A DNA stretch of 64,000 bases from Candidatus Iainarchaeum sp. (GTDB taxonomy: Archaea > B1Sed10-29 > WALL01). The DNA lies in contig JAGMCR010000003.1 in NCBI GenBank assembly GCA_023129115.1, positions 1 through 64,000 of the forward strand. Reading direction: 5' to 3'. The translations under genes and the position numbers were made by a program. Shown in pieces: positions 19,443-26,952 of the stretch; the first letter of the stretch is position 1; each line of letters starts with the position of its first letter. The notes under the pieces were generated by a model. That model was given only the letters and a program-made list of their open reading frames with translations. It ran no database searches and had not been told where the DNA came from.

Positions 19443-20447
19443 ATGGCCAACCTGGCGGAGCGGGCCATGCCGAAGTTCTTCGTAGACGCCTCGCGCAACG
19501 CGCTGGTCTACGCCGGCATCAAGATGGAGACGGGCAGGTGGATGATGTTCTCGCTGCTGAACTCCCTGCTCATGGGCGTAGTCATCGCCCTGATTATCCG
19601 GACGTTCCTCGGGGAGGGGGGGCTGATATTCATTGGCGGCACTGCGATGGTGTTCGGAATCGCGTTCGTCGGGATTTTCCACAACGTCCTGATTTATTAC
19701 GGCGGCAGGAGGGCTAGGCAGATTGAGGTCATGCTGCCGGACGCGCTGCAGCTGATTGCCGCGAACATCCGCGCCGACATCCCGATACACAAGGCACTGC
19801 TGCTGGCCGCGAGGCCCGAGTTTGGGCTGCTGGCGGGCGAGCTCGACGTCCTCGGGAACAGCATACTGACCGGGAAGCCCACGAGCATGGCTTTTAAGGA
19901 GTTCGGCGAGCGCGTGAACTCGCCGCTCGTGACGAGGATTGCAACGCTGATGGAGGAGGGGCTGCGCTCGGGCCACAACGTGGCGGGGATGATGGACCAG
20001 ATTGCCTACGACATCCGTGCGTTCAAGATTCTTGACGACGAGGCGAACGCGAACATCGGCTCGTACGTGCTGTTCATAGTCATGGCCGTGCTGATTGTGG
20101 CGCCCGTGCTTTACTCGATTTCGATTTCGTTCATTGACCTGACGAGCCAGGTAAAGGAGACGCTGGACGTCGGGAGCCTGGTCCAGGAGGCAGCAATCGG
20201 CGGAAACTCGCCGCTTATCGGGCTGGTGGCCGGCGAGAGCGGCATCAACGTGGACACCCTGATTTGGTTTTCTGCGCTTAACCTGGCGACGAGCTCGGGC
20301 ATAGCCGCGATACTGGTCTCTGTCCTACAAACAGGGGAGACCATGCAAAAAATGCCGTACATCCTGATGTTCATACTCGTGGCAGAGACGCTGTTCTTTG
20401 TCTCGATAACCGTCCTGCGCATTGTACTGGGCGGATTCTTCACCTAA
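19443..20447 (+). CDS. second TadC-like platform protein
   Basis: LPDALQLIAANIRA..ARPEFGLLAGE motif; multiple TM helices. Confidence 0.88.
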   Translation: MANLAERAMPKFFVDASRNALVYAGIKMETGRWMMFSLLNSLLMGVVIALIIRTFLGEGGLIFIGGTAMVFGIAFVGIFHNVLIYYGGRRARQIEVMLPDALQLIAANIRADIPIHKALLLAARPEFGLLAGELDVLGNSILTGKPTSMAFKEFGERVNSPLVTRIATLMEEGLRSGHNVAGMMDQIAYDIRAFKILDDEANANIGSYVLFIVMAVLIVAPVLYSISISFIDLTSQVKETLDVGSLVQEAAIGGNSPLIGLVAGESGINVDTLIWFSALNLATSSGIAAILVSVLQTGETMQKMPYILMFILVAETLFFVSITVLRIVLGGFFT

Positions 20448-20510
20448 AACCATAATGTTTATAAATCGCTGTTCATTAACAGGGGATATTATCCTTTTGG
20501 AGGATTCAAT

Positions 20511-20963
20511 ATGAAGAAACGAGGACAAGGAGCAATGGAATACTTGATGACGTACGGGTGGGCTATACTCGTGGTCATCATCGTGGGAATCGTGCTTTGG
20601 CAGTCAGGTGTGTTCGGCACTGGAGGCGGTGGAGTCAGCGGGTTCAACCGCGTCAGGATTGAGGACTACGTATACTCCTCAAGTGGGATGCAGGTAAGCT
20701 ACGAGAATGCTGCTGGTGGCACCATGAAGAAGGTGAACGTCACGTACGAAGCCGACATCGCCAGTGCCTTCGCCCCATACACTTATGTAAGTGGTGCGAA
20801 CTGGGCGCCGGGCAAGGAGTACAATGTAACCATCAACAGCACGGTCGCTGATAGTTGTCCAGCAGCTGGTGGCGGCTACGCCGTGGACATAACTATTACC
20901 TACAAGTCTGAAGCAAACATAGTCCACACCGAGAGTGGCACAATCCGCGGACAGTGCGAATAA
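20511..20963 (+). CDS. probable major type IV pilin
   Basis: MKKRG|QGAMEYLMTYGWAILVV; own TATA (TTTATAAA ~20458), GGAGG SD and downstream hairpin. Confidence 0.88.
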   Translation: MKKRGQGAMEYLMTYGWAILVVIIVGIVLWQSGVFGTGGGGVSGFNRVRIEDYVYSSSGMQVSYENAAGGTMKKVNVTYEADIASAFAPYTYVSGANWAPGKEYNVTINSTVADSCPAAGGGYAVDITITYKSEANIVHTESGTIRGQCE

Positions 20964-20992
20964 GCCCCTTAACGGGGCTTAACCCCCTTTTT
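20961..20992 (+). terminator. stem-loop TAAGCCCC-TTAAC-GGGGCTTA followed by a T tract
   Basis: 8-bp inverted repeat at the pilin stop codon. Confidence 0.65.
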
Positions 20993-21024
20993 CTTATAGT
21001 TTTAAATAGCGTCGAGTGTTAACT

Positions 21025-21699
21025 ATGGCTGTGGAGACTATAGAAACAGGCATCAGCGGGTTCGACAGCGTCGTCGGCGGAGTGCCTAAAGGGCACACCC
21101 TCTTGCTTGCCGGGCCAGTGGGGTCGTACACAGAGCTTTTCGGCCTCGAGTTCCTCTACCGCGGCGCGCTCAACAACGAAAAGGCGATTTACGTCACGTT
21201 CGAGAGGAAGGAAGAGGACCTCATCGCAATGGCGTCCGTGTTCGACTGGGGCCTCAAGGCGGCAATTGATGGCGGGGCGCTGGTTGTGATGAGCATCGAG
21301 CTCTTCAACTATGACAAGTTCCTCTCCAGTTTTGAGGACACGATTTTCTCGCAGAAGGCGACGAGAATAGTGATTGACTCCATAAGCTACCTCGGCGGGT
21401 TCTTTGACGCAAGCTTCAAGTACCGCGCGGCCCTCGGCGAGCTGCGGAGGATGCTGAACCGCCACGACTGCACAGCCATGCTGATTTCCGAGTCCAGGGG
21501 CGAAGAATTGAGCCCGTACGGCGTGGAAGAGTTCCTCGCCGACGGAATAATCCACCTCCACGCCATAAAGAAGGGCGGGCAGGTCGTCCATGCGATTTCT
21601 GTCCCCGAAATGGCGGGAATGAAAGTGAAGCCCCAGCTTTACCCGCTCGAGCTAACGAAAAAGGGCATAAAAGTTCGGAAGCTCCCGCTTGTTCTTTGA
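21025..21699 (+). CDS. KaiC-like protein, predicted inactive (KaiC-5)
   Basis: TGISGFD; Walker A degenerate (GPVGSYTE, no Lys); RIVIDS, YGVEEFLADG; KMRG replaced by EMAG. Confidence 0.85.
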   Translation: MAVETIETGISGFDSVVGGVPKGHTLLLAGPVGSYTELFGLEFLYRGALNNEKAIYVTFERKEEDLIAMASVFDWGLKAAIDGGALVVMSIELFNYDKFLSSFEDTIFSQKATRIVIDSISYLGGFFDASFKYRAALGELRRMLNRHDCTAMLISESRGEELSPYGVEEFLADGIIHLHAIKKGGQVVHAISVPEMAGMKVKPQLYPLELTKKGIKVRKLPLVL

Positions 21700-21744
21700 G
21701 ATTGGTTCGGCAGATGGCTAATAGGGCTAGTGGCCACACACTTT

Positions 21745-21770
21745 TGGGGGGTGCCAATTGGCACCCCCCA
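21745..21770. repeat. perfect 26-bp palindrome TGGGGGGTGCCAATTGGCACCCCCCA
   Basis: Read directly; lies between convergent genes. Confidence 0.85.
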
Positions 21771-21834
21771 TAGTCACGTTAAGGGCACCCCCCGAGCTTG
21801 TTGTTTAGTTGATGGCACTCCCAGAGATTGCTGC

Positions 21835-23172
21835 TCACATCCAGAAGAAGGTTGCCAGCGTGGCGAGCACCAAAACACTGATTACCGCGAGGACTGTGCC
21901 GGCGAAGGCCATGTCCCGCACCTTGATGTAGCCCGTCGAGTAAGCGATTGCCGACGGCGGCGTGCCCACCGGCACGATGAAGTCCAGGCTCACGCCCAAC
22001 GCCGCGACGATTGTTAAGAGGCGGAGGTCCAGCCCGAGGCCGAGCGCGAGGGGGATTGAGACCGGCACAATGATTGCCGCTGCCGCGGTATTGGAGGCGA
22101 AGATTGTTAGTGCGATTGACGCGGCGGCGACTCCGGCGAACACTATGAACATGGGGTTTCCGTTCAGCACAGCGACGACGAGCGACGCCAGCGCCTGGTC
22201 CAGGCCCACCGTGGTGATTGCCGTGCCCAGCGCCAGGCCGCCGCCGAACAAAATAAGGGTGGGCCAGTGCGCCTTCGAAAAGTCTTTCGTCGCGAGCAGG
22301 CCGAGGAGATAAAGCAGCAGGATTGGCACGATTGAGACCATTGACGACGAGACGCCGTGGATGCTTGTCGTGAGCCACAAGAGCGCTGTCAAGGCAAAGA
22401 CGCCGAGTGTCAGTGATTGCTTGTTGTTGAGCGTCGTGCTCTGCTTCTTTATTTTTAATTCTTTTTTTGGCATGGGGAAGAATTTCGTTAGCAAGAGCCA
22501 GCAGATTGGGAGGAGGATGATGACCATGGGCATGCCGAACGCCATCCAGTCCGTGAAGGAAAGGGCGATGCCCCGGTCGCCCAGGAACTTCGCGGCGATT
22601 GCGTTCGGGGTCGAGCCGATTAAAGTGCCCATGCCGCCGATGGTCGCCGCGTACGCGACGCCGAGCACCACTGCCTTGCCGTACTTGGACTTCAATGGCT
22701 CGATTTTGTTTGCCTTGAGGACGACGACTGCGATGGGGATGATTAGTGCCGTGGACGCGGTGTTCGTCATCCAGAACGAGAGGAACGCTGTGACGGCCAT
22801 GATGCCGAGCAAAAAGCGGCTGGGCGTGTGGCCGAACCGGTTGATGAAAAAGAAGGCGATTTTTTCATCTAGGCCGTGCTTCTGCATCGCGACCGCGAGC
22901 ACGAAGCCGCCCAAAAGCAATACAACAACGGGGTCGAAGAAGGGCTGCGTCGCTTCTGCGGGCGAGAAGCCCGCGAGCACCACGAGCATGAGCGGCACTG
23001 CGAGCGCGGTGACGTGGAGCGGGACTGCCTCGGTAAACCAAAGCGCCCCCGCAAAGGCCATGATGCCGAGCACTGCCTGCATGCTCGGGTCGATTCCGAG
23101 CGGGTAGAGCCAGAAGATTAGGCCGAACACGAGTGAAAAGGCGATGCCGCGCCAGCCCGTCTGCTCCGTCAT
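21835..23172 (-). CDS. DASS/SLC13 family anion:sodium symporter
   Basis: WFTEAVPL, SFWMTNTAST, GGMGTLIGSTPN, ASNTA, PVGTPPSAIAY; likely start MTEQ at 23172. Confidence 0.92.
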   Translation of the reverse strand: MTEQTGWRGIAFSLVFGLIFWLYPLGIDPSMQAVLGIMAFAGALWFTEAVPLHVTALAVPLMLVVLAGFSPAEATQPFFDPVVVLLLGGFVLAVAMQKHGLDEKIAFFFINRFGHTPSRFLLGIMAVTAFLSFWMTNTASTALIIPIAVVVLKANKIEPLKSKYGKAVVLGVAYAATIGGMGTLIGSTPNAIAAKFLGDRGIALSFTDWMAFGMPMVIILLPICWLLLTKFFPMPKKELKIKKQSTTLNNKQSLTLGVFALTALLWLTTSIHGVSSSMVSIVPILLLYLLGLLATKDFSKAHWPTLILFGGGLALGTAITTVGLDQALASLVVAVLNGNPMFIVFAGVAAASIALTIFASNTAAAAIIVPVSIPLALGLGLDLRLLTIVAALGVSLDFIVPVGTPPSAIAYSTGYIKVRDMAFAGTVLAVISVLVLATLATFFWM

Positions 23173-23214
23173 AGTTGCGGTTAGCCGGTAAGGATTATTA
23201 AGCCTAACTGCATA

Positions 23215-24495
23215 GTGGCAATTATGCGCGCGAAAGTGTCGAGAGTCCCGGGGCCCAAGAGCAAAAAAGCGCTGGAGAAGATGCAGAGGCTGAACGGCGG
23301 GTGGGGCTTGCCCCTGCCCATGGTGTTCGAGTCGGGCCAGGGCAGTTACTTCCGGGACGTCGACGGCAATGTGTTCCTGGACTTTGCTTCGCAGGTCGCG
23401 TCGAGCCCGCTGGGGTACAATCACCCCGCGCTGAGCGCGGTCTTGAAGAACTACAGCCGCGCGCCGGTGAAGATTGCGGGCCAGGACTTCATTGTGCCCG
23501 AGCACATGGAAATGATTGAGGAATTGGTCAATGTTTCTCCGCCGGAAATGAACGCCGCGTTTTTGGTGAACAGCGGCGCCGAGGCCGTGGAGAACGCAAT
23601 CAAGAGCGCGCTCCGGCGGTGCCATGGGTATTATGGCGCGTCGTTCGAGTACGCGTTCCACGGCAGGACGCTGGGCGCGTTGTCGTGCACGAACTCAAAA
23701 ATTGTGCACAAGGCCGGGTACTGGACTTTCCCGATCCAGCGCCTGCCGTTCGACGAGCGGGCGCCGGAGCTCCTCGAGGAAATGATTAAGCGCGAGGGCG
23801 GCGCGGAAAACCTGTCGTTCGTCATTGTGGAGGCTGTGCAGGGGGAGGGGGGGTACAACATTGCCCCGGATTCTTTGATGAAGGGCATCCGCAAGGTGAC
23901 GCGGGGCCACGGGATTCCGCTCATCTGCGACGAGATACAGTGCGGCATGGGCCGCACGGGCAAGTGGTGGGCTTTCGAGCACTATGGAATCAAGCCGGAC
24001 GTGTTTTGCGCGGCGAAGGCGCTGCAGGTCGGCGCGACCATTGCGAACCGGAGCTTCTTCCCCCCTGAGCCGTCGTCGATAAGCAGCACGTGGGGCGGCG
24101 GGAGCGTGATTGACCTCGCGATGGGCGCCGCGACAATCAAGGCGATAAAGAAGGAGAGGCTGCTCTCGAACTGCACGAGAATGGGCGGCTACTTGCTGAA
24201 GCGCTTGCACGAATTGGCTGCGAAGCACCCTGAAGTCACTGGCCCGAGGGGGCTTGGGCTCATGTGCGCGTTTGACCTAGCCGACAAGAAGGCGAGGGAC
24301 CATGTTGCCGAGCACTTGATTGCAAATGGCCTGGTCGCGCTGGGCGCGGGCAGGAAGTCCATTCGCTTGATTCCTCCTTACACTGTCTCGGAAAAAGAGA
24401 TTGACGAAGCGGTTGAGATTATTGACAAGTCGCTTGTGGAAGTGCGCAAGGAGCGGAAGCCGCGCGGATTGTCTCCGGTCGAGCACGCGATTTAG
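23215..24495 (+). CDS. class III PLP aminotransferase (lysine 6-aminotransferase/GABA-AT-like)
   Basis: NSGAEAVENA, AFHGRT, EAVQGEGG, DEIQCGMGRTG, AAKALQ, ISSTWGG. Confidence 0.9.
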   Translation: MAIMRAKVSRVPGPKSKKALEKMQRLNGGWGLPLPMVFESGQGSYFRDVDGNVFLDFASQVASSPLGYNHPALSAVLKNYSRAPVKIAGQDFIVPEHMEMIEELVNVSPPEMNAAFLVNSGAEAVENAIKSALRRCHGYYGASFEYAFHGRTLGALSCTNSKIVHKAGYWTFPIQRLPFDERAPELLEEMIKREGGAENLSFVIVEAVQGEGGYNIAPDSLMKGIRKVTRGHGIPLICDEIQCGMGRTGKWWAFEHYGIKPDVFCAAKALQVGATIANRSFFPPEPSSISSTWGGGSVIDLAMGAATIKAIKKERLLSNCTRMGGYLLKRLHELAAKHPEVTGPRGLGLMCAFDLADKKARDHVAEHLIANGLVALGAGRKSIRLIPPYTVSEKEIDEAVEIIDKSLVEVRKERKPRGLSPVEHAI

Positions 24496-24551
24496 TCGAT
24501 TTGTGCCTTCTGTAATCGGCTGGAGTAGTCGACGTAAATTGTTTTTACTTC
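24492..24551 (-). pseudogene. stranded duplicate of the ALDH 3' end (EVKTIYVDYSSRLQKAQID*)
   Basis: 46/56 nt identical to 25272-25327 by manual alignment. Confidence 0.85.
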
Positions 24552-24597
24552 CTGGCTACGGGAAGTTGTGGCGGCATGTGCTTGTCTATGAAGGCGT

Positions 24598-24861
24598 TTA
24601 TCTCGTTTTGTGCCTAGGGTTTAACGAATACCGGTCACAGCCTTTGGCGCCTTTCTTGAACAATAGGTGGCCATCTTTGCGAAGCAATTTCAGGAATTGC
24701 TTCAGGCCAGACGTTCCGAAGCTGAACTTGGCGTATTTGACAAGGCCGTCCTCGTTGATGGGCCTCCTGCCCCAATACCCCCCTCTTGCCATCTTGTTAA
24801 GGATATAGGCAATCACCACCTTTTCTTCTGCACTGAGGCCGGAATACATCAAGGCATTCAA
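24598..24861 (-). CDS. small basic hypothetical protein (possible wHTH or toxin)
   Basis: AT-richer ORF divergent from an HTH gene; helix-rich with a terminal YSLN. Confidence 0.55.
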   Translation of the reverse strand: MNALMYSGLSAEEKVVIAYILNKMARGGYWGRRPINEDGLVKYAKFSFGTSGLKQFLKLLRKDGHLLFKKGAKGCDRYSLNPRHKTR

Positions 24862-24884
24862 AAGCCAGGGAAGTACTTAAAACT

Positions 24885-24927
24885 ATTGTATAAAAACAAT
24901 ACATTTAAATATAAGTAATTGTACAAT
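24885..24927. promoter_or_regulatory. divergent promoter with ATTGT/ACAAT inverted repeats
   Basis: ATTGT-N6-ACAAT (24885-24900), TTTAAATA (24904-24911), ATTGTACAAT palindrome (24918-24927). Confidence 0.55.
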
Positions 24928-24937
24928 GCAACAGTAG

Positions 24938-25264
24938 GTGGGAAACGTGCCCGAATCATTGTTCCTCGAAGTTGTCGGAAAAACCCCCCAGCTCAGGGTG
25001 ATTGATTTTTTTATAGAGAACCGCATATTTGACTATTCCAAGTCCGAGATTTCTGAAGCTACTGGTGTTTCACGCATGACCCTGGATAAGGTATGGGGCG
25101 AACTAGTCTCTAATGGCATAATCACGGAAACAAGAAAAATTGGGAGAGCGACCATGTACAAGCTTAATGTGGATTCGCCGCTTGTTTTGGGCTTGATTGA
25201 ACTGGACCGGATAGCCAGTAAGGAGTATGCCGACAAAATAACTGAAGTGGCGATTGCCCGTTAA
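24938..25264 (+). CDS. winged-helix transcriptional regulator
   Basis: SKSEISEATGVSRMTL HTH; TRKIGRATMYKLN wing. Confidence 0.85.
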   Translation: MGNVPESLFLEVVGKTPQLRVIDFFIENRIFDYSKSEISEATGVSRMTLDKVWGELVSNGIITETRKIGRATMYKLNVDSPLVLGLIELDRIASKEYADKITEVAIAR

Positions 25265-26707
25265 TTACTCATCGATTTGTGCCTTCTGCAGCTTGCCCGA
25301 GTAGTCGACGTAGGCTGTTTTTACTTCAGAAAATTCTTCCAAGCCGAGGATTCCCGCTTCTCTTGTCCCGTTGCCAGTCGCCTTTACCCCGCCGAACGGG
25401 AGGTGGACTTCAGCGCCAATTGTGGGGGCGTTTATGTACGTAATGCCTGCCTCCAAATCACGGATTGCGGTGAACGCGCTGTTCACGTCGCGCGTGTAAA
25501 TCGCGGCGGACAAGCCGTAGCTGGTGCTGTTCGCGACAGTAATGGCCTCGCCCAGGGACTTCACGGTGATTATCGCGAGCACGGGCCCGAAGATTTCTTC
25601 CTGCGCGATGCGTGCGGACGGCTTTACTTTCGTGAAGATTGTGGGCTCGAAGAAATTGCCTTCCAGCGCGTTGCCGCCGCAAAAGAGTTTGCCTTCCTTC
25701 TTGCCGATTTCGACGTAGGCCTTTGTCTTTTCCACGGCTGCCTGGTTCACGAGCGGGCCCACGTCCGCCTTCATGCCGTAGCCGATTGTGAGCTTGCCTG
25801 TCGCCCTCAAGAGCCTTGCCAGGAGAGGCTTTTCGACTGCCTTGTGCACGATTACGCGGGAGGCGGCGGTGCAGCGCTGGCCAGTGGTGCCGAACGCGCC
25901 CCAGATGATTCCGTCCACGGCGAGGTCCAGGTCGGCGTCGCCCATCACGATGATTGGGTTCTTGCCGCCCAGTTCCAGCCCGACTTTTTTCAATCCGGCG
26001 TTTGCGGCGACGAACTCGCCGACTTCGCGCGAGCCGGTGAAGGAAATCGCGTCGATTCCCTTGTGCCTCACGATTGGGGCGCCGACGTTTCTTCCGGAGC
26101 CGGTGACTAGGTTGACTACGCCATCGGGGACTCCGGCCTCGGAAAGGATTTTGACTAATTCGAGTGCGCAGCCCGGCGTGTCGCTCGCCGGCTTGAATAC
26201 TGCTGCGTTGCCTGCGATTAAGCAGGGCGCGAGCTTCCACGCTGGAATTGCGATTGGGAAGTTCCACGGCGTGATTAGGCCGCACACGCCGAGCGGGACG
26301 CGGACTGTCATGGCGAACTTGTCCGGCGATTCGCTGGTGGTGGTGTGGCCGAAGAAGCGGCGGCCCTCGGCGGCCATGTACTCGAAGACGTCGATTGCTT
26401 CCTGGACGTCGCCGAGGCCTTCCGAGATTTGCTTGCCCATTTCGTCGGTGACGCACTTGCCGAGCCGCTTCTTGTTTTTCTTCAAGAGGCGCGCGGCCTC
26501 GAACAGGATTTCGCCGCGGCCCGGCGCGGGGGTGAGGCGCCATTTCTTGTACGCTTTTCTCGCGGCGCGGACGGCGAGGCCTACGTCCTTGGAGTTGCCG
26601 CTTTGGAACGTTCCGATTGTCCCGCCCGTCGCGGGGTTGATGGAGGTGAAGGTCTTGCCGCTTTTGCTTTTGACCCATTTTCCGCCGATGAAGAGCTTTT
26701 CAGCCAT
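25265..26707 (-). CDS. NAD-dependent aldehyde dehydrogenase
   Basis: ITPWNFP, FTGS, LELGGKNP, GQRCTA, EEIFGP, PFGG. Confidence 0.96.
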   Translation of the reverse strand: MAEKLFIGGKWVKSKSGKTFTSINPATGGTIGTFQSGNSKDVGLAVRAARKAYKKWRLTPAPGRGEILFEAARLLKKNKKRLGKCVTDEMGKQISEGLGDVQEAIDVFEYMAAEGRRFFGHTTTSESPDKFAMTVRVPLGVCGLITPWNFPIAIPAWKLAPCLIAGNAAVFKPASDTPGCALELVKILSEAGVPDGVVNLVTGSGRNVGAPIVRHKGIDAISFTGSREVGEFVAANAGLKKVGLELGGKNPIIVMGDADLDLAVDGIIWGAFGTTGQRCTAASRVIVHKAVEKPLLARLLRATGKLTIGYGMKADVGPLVNQAAVEKTKAYVEIGKKEGKLFCGGNALEGNFFEPTIFTKVKPSARIAQEEIFGPVLAIITVKSLGEAITVANSTSYGLSAAIYTRDVNSAFTAIRDLEAGITYINAPTIGAEVHLPFGGVKATGNGTREAGILGLEEFSEVKTAYVDYSGKLQKAQIDE

Positions 26708-26952
26708 TTTAAGCCACCAATAGGCAAAACGGGACTGGGTTATTTAAGGTTAATGCAGATGGCTTGCTTGTGATGCACTTTAGCCCGTGGGCCAAGGGGG
26801 GGATATCAACAGACAAGGCCGGGGGAAGCAATGGGGGGGCTCGAGCTGGTGGCCACACCCAAATAGGCGGTTTGGCGGCGCGGCACGCGAAGTGGCCAAA
26901 CCAGGATATGCCTCAAAGCTCATTTATATACATGAAGCTCTTTTTGTGTAGC

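Noticed and set aside
9296-20963. Archaellum or conjugation system
   Set aside because: No archaellin-type sequence, ArlF/G, VirB4, coupling protein or relaxase; two TadC genes and QxxxE pilins fit a type IV pilus
21726-26858. GCT(A/G)GTGGCCACAC at 21726-21739 and 26845-26858 flanking the catabolic block
   Set aside because: 14 bp with a mismatch in GC-rich DNA and no recombinase nearby; could be chance
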